64,000 nucleotides of DNA from Minutocellus sp. GHC0000111 (taxonomy: Eukaryota). Below are positions 60,048 to 64,000 of this stretch, in pieces. Position numbers and translations under genes: made by a program. The stretch covers positions 186,001 through 250,000 of the forward strand of contig OZ361257.1 in the NCBI GenBank assembly GCA_977018835.1, read 5' to 3'. Under the pieces are notes generated by a model. That model had not been told where the DNA came from. It made no database searches and saw nothing but the letters and a program-made list of their open reading frames with translations. The number at the start of each line of letters is the position of its first letter. Positions within the stretch are counted from its first letter, which is position 1.

Positions 60048-61129
60048 ATGAAGATCCAGATTTTTTCGTTGGCCGCGCTCCTTTTGGGTTCTGTCGAGGC
60101 TTTCTCTTCGGTGAGACACGGCTTTGTGACGAAGCATACTCTTGGTGATGAATTTTTAAGTTTTTGATTCTAACACATCACCTGCGTCCTTTCACTCTCG
60201 TTCCTTCAGGATCGATCCACCGCTCGTAGGTCCTTCATCAAAACAGCAGGAAGTGCCGCTGTTGCATCGGTAGTGACCGGAGCACCTTTTGCCGCTTCTG
60301 CTGAAGTTGTTGTTCCAGAACAGTTTACCTCTTACGAGTTCCCGTCGGATTGGGGACTCTCATTCAACTATGAACAAGACGCAGCGAAAGTTCGTAACCA
60401 CATGGTAACCGCTACTGGTCTCGGAAAGGGTGCGGACAGGATGGAGGACTATGGAAAGAATATGAAGAAGGAGATGGTCGATTTTGTTTCATACTACAGG
60501 CGTTTCCCAAATGTTGCCGGAAAGCCTTCATTTTCGACTCTTTACACTTCAATCAACGTTCTTGCTGGACATTACACATCCAATGGATACAAGTACCCCC
60601 TCCCCGAAAAGCGCGTAAGTTTTGGCTGCTTGAGTGGCATAGTTGTGGACAAACATAAGTAACGGGTCGTCCTCGATTTTTTTCTCTTTTTGCATTGAAA
60701 TGATTTCGACTGACTGTCTCTCCCCCCCCTTACTTTCCACAGAGGAAGCGTTTATATCAGGTGAGTTTGAGTTTGTACGCGGAACCCGCGCGTGTGCCCT
60801 ATCATTGACAATGAAATAATGATGCTCCACAATCTGCATAATCTCACCATTTGTATCAACGCTGCAACAAAATTTGCATTTTCACTTCATTAGGAATACT
60901 CTGAAATTGGTAAGTCTTTTTTGTTTCGTCATGTGATAATATTAGTGATAAGTATGAAGGCGTTGAAGACGCATGGTTGAAGATTGTAGATGCATTGATT
61001 CTTTGGGTAATTGCAGGGATATATTTTCTTTTACATCTACTGTATTTTCGAGTCACTTTTATATGACAAATCATTTCCTTCTCTGCTTACACAAACACCA
61101 AAGAGAAATCGCTCAAGCGCAATCGCTAG
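60048..61129 (+). CDS. psb27: Photosystem II assembly factor Psb27, 5 exons, apparently intact
   Basis: Exons 60048-60110, 60210-60614, 60743-60760, 60894-60909 and 61104-61129 splice in frame. Presequence MKIQIFSLAALLLGSVEA-FSS, twin-arginine ARRSFI and AXA site. Mature motif YRRFPNVAGKPSFSTLYTSINVLAGHYTSNGYKYPLPEKRRKRLYQEYSEIEKSLKRNR*. Confidence 0.88.
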
Positions 61130-61594
61130 AGTTGATTGAGAGAAAACTAGATCTAGATCTTTCATGAGATTAACTTGGACTGGAATCCCCACTGGCACGG
61201 TAGATCTAGATCTGGTACCGGTCAGACTCATTCATCTCCATATTTTGTAGATCCAGATATCTAGAGATCTAGAAATGTGTTGCCACATTGACCCCCCCAC
61301 CCAAGATGATCTTCATCAAGATCTTTTTTGTTGAAGTAAGTCTACATCTATTGGCTGACGACGCGGAGCATCAGAAAACAAAAGGAATTCGACTTTGCTG
61401 CGGAACCAGGCACCGTACAAGACTTGCAATGTGGCGAGGGTACCGTAGGTCTAGATCTATCTAAAACAGCTTTTGAAGGCGCGTGCTAGCTATCTCTTTA
61501 TGGTCTTGCATAGAGATAATTTTATAACATAGAGAGTCTACACATGTCTCCAATGATCGATGCTTCTCAGAGTTACTCTAGCTGAATCTAGATC

Positions 61595-61810
61595 TACATT
61601 TTGAGACTGGCCGATGTTCAGAGGGAAATGGATTCTTTGCTCGTCATTCGAGTAGATCTACGAGCAATTCCGAGGTTAGATCTATATATACAGGAGCGGC
61701 CCTGAGCATCATTACGAATAAGAAAGACGAAGTTTCTGCTGCAGTGAATCACCTTGACTCTATCGATCTTGCCCTCAAGATGACATTTCGATAAACGTTT
61801 ACGTAGATTC
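61595..61810 (-). mobile_element. Copy of the GAATCTACGTAAACG-ended repeat family
   Basis: Reverse complement of 13226-13455. It ends CGTTTACGTAGATTC|TA. Confidence 0.82.
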
Positions 61811-63120
61811 TAGAGATCTATTTATCCATGTAGATCTAGATCTAGAGATCTACAGGACTGTATTTTAGATCTAGAGTAAATGTCATGTTATCTAGTGTTG
61901 GGCAACTAAAGCGAATTGCAGAAGCCTCGCTTCTTGAGGAGGATGAAGCTCAGGTAATGGCTACAGTCCGTCCCCACCTATAAGCATATTTGATCCGGAC
62001 CCCAGCCCTCAACATGCTTACATGTACCCAGCCCTCAACATGCTTACATGTACCGTAGCGACTGCAATAATTTTAGCCAGGGGCTAAGCACATGCCTCTG
62101 TTGAATGATGACGTGGCAAATGCTGGACCAGCAAGGGCCGGAAAACGAACACCAGCACTACCACCAGCACTACCACCAGCACCAGCACCAGCACCAGCAC
62201 CAACGCAATATTCTACCGGCCTCACAGCCACAATTCGCATGTATGTAACTACGTGTAGCGACAATGCAAGAGCCTACAGTTAATTTCACCTACAAATCAC
62301 CCGCTCCTTCGGTCGGACGTCCTCAGGCAACTGAGCTTGGATGTTAGGCGGCGGTGTGCCGGACTTGGCGAAAGCAGGAACGGAACTCCAGTGTCCCGGC
62401 AACGGTCCGCAGTACGAGGGTACGATGACAGGGTACCACCACACATATTAGGCGAAGCTTCTTGGCTGGCGCGGAGGCCTTTGTGCGACCTCACATGTAG
62501 ATTGATTCCAAAAATAAGGTTAACCATAGAATACCTAGGTAGAACAAAATAGAATAGAATGTAGAACTACCGGTACAACGCGTTGTACATAGCCACTGAC
62601 CCTCGTCAGTTACGTCCCTTTACTTACATGTACCCTAATGTACGTCGCGGAGGGTGTTGGGTCTGCGGATTTACAGGCCTGGATGGTAGATCTAGAAGCT
62701 CGTGATGTTGAAAGGTGGGGAGCAAGGGTGGAGGATACGTTGGGCCTCGAACGAGGTTCTTCCAAGTCACTCTATCATGCGCAAAACAATTTTTGGTTGA
62801 TTATTTTATTGTAGGAGGGTATCGCATAAGAGTGTGTCGTCTAAAGTGAGCAGATCTTGGCGAGCTACTAGAGTACGTAGGATTTCGGCGATACATGTGA
62901 TCTCCGGGTTCCCAACTTCCTCAGCTACATGTACCCCCCTAAAAGCCACAGGGTTATATCGATCGAAAGACATACAGCCCGGAACTTCTAGATCTATCTA
63001 GAAGTGCATTGAAAGGTAGGCTAGCTTTCCCGAGGTCTGGTTGGCCTCTACCCCGATCTCAGCCTACCGGCAGAACGATTATTTTATTAGATCTATCGTT
63101 TCATGGGAGGTTAGAGTCTA

Positions 63121-63606
63121 CAGTCCGTGCACGCCTATATAAGGATATTTCATATCCTGGTTTGAGACCTCATAGTTTTGCCCGTGATAAGGATAATTAG
63201 ACCTCGGCTTTGGCAGCATCCTTATTTTTCTCGCATGACAGGCCCTCAGAAGAGGCTACAACCTCCAAGACTTTGGTGGGGAGGATGCCTCCTATCTTTT
63301 CCAGGAGGATTATGAGAAGCTTCTTAATCGATCTAATGGTGACGACGAGGTTTCTCTTGAGGTTGGGCTAAAGTCTTGGTGCCTCGTGAAGCTTGGATAG
63401 ACTATTGGCGGTTTTGGAGAGGTTTGCACGTTGCTAAAGCTTTGTTATTCCTCTCCTTACACGTTATTTCGCTACAGCTGTGTGTGGTGTTGCCACGTCA
63501 TTGCTAAATAAGGATATCCTTTGGTGAGAACTCAGATTTCGCCTCCTGATAAGGATTTTGAGACCTCAGGTCTCAAAGCAATATCCTTATAGGCGTGCAC
63601 GGACTA
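63121..63606. mobile_element. MITE (486 bp) with CAGTCCGTGCACGCCTATAAGGATAT TIRs and TA TSD
   Basis: TA|CAGTCCGTGCACGCCTATATAAGGATATT ... ATATCCTTATAGGCGTGCACGGACTA|TA. Internal inverted TGATAAGGAT/ATCCTTAT and GAGACCT motifs. Confidence 0.88.
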
Positions 63607-64000
63607 TAGACGTACATTCGGGTATTTGTATATATATTACCCTACATGTACCGCGATAAATCTTTACACCTCTGAGAAACTTTGGATAGGGAAACTCAGG
63701 CCAACTGGAGAAACGAAGCCTCAGAATGAATTTACTTCATTCTGTTGGCTACCAATTCAGTTTGTTAGCAAACTGTAGGGCGGGATCTAGACATAGACAC
63801 TTTTGTAACAATACATGTAGTATATTATAACACCACCACCATGTAGGCGAGGAATTGCTGCTGCTGCTGTCGCGGAGGGTTTCAGCAGGCTACAGTGGAA
63901 GACCGCCATGTAGTGTATGGACACCGCCTCTAGGAGGCCACGAAGCCACCTCAACCGGAAAGCCACACGGCTAGACGGAACCTGTGGGAGATACGGAATA

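Noticed and set aside
62000..62560. Short ORFs with PAPAPA repeats and a 26-bp tandem duplication
   Set aside because: Low-complexity (CCAGCA)n sequence with no supportable gene model.

Overview
This is eukaryotic nuclear DNA, almost certainly from a diatom or related ochrophyte. The evidence is GT-AG introns, bipartite signal-peptide+F plastid presequences on Fd-GOGAT and Psb27, a chrysolaminarin-type 1,3-beta-glucan synthase, an HA-domain protein and a diatom-type non-LTR element. Ten host genes are visible: RPC2, AP-3 delta, beta-glucan synthase, a GT77-like glycosyltransferase, Fd-GOGAT, an HA-domain protein, an unknown protein, a mitochondrial-carrier-family protein, Sec15 and Psb27. Seven of them carry frameshifts and/or in-frame stops, while two long transposon ORFs are uninterrupted. 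This suggests a decaying duplicate or haplotype, although assembly error cannot be excluded. Mobile DNA is dense: a DD39D Tc1/mariner element with TIRs and TA TSD, a Sola3-like TIR element, a 5'-truncated RT-RNaseH LINE with a 15-bp TSD, several MITE families, and four arrays of a ~203-bp tandem repeat that all end in the same tail. The most striking signal is that intergenic DNA is largely built from short TA-bounded palindromic modules (TACATGTA, TAGATCTA, TACCGGTA, TACCTAGGTA, TAGGCCTA, TACGTA, TAGCTA). They behave as insertions at TA sites, match the terminal bases of TIR elements in the window, pile up upstream of genes, and in one case frameshift an exon. I interpret them as accumulated, nested transposon excision footprints. 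All identifications come from motif recognition by eye; no database searches were run.
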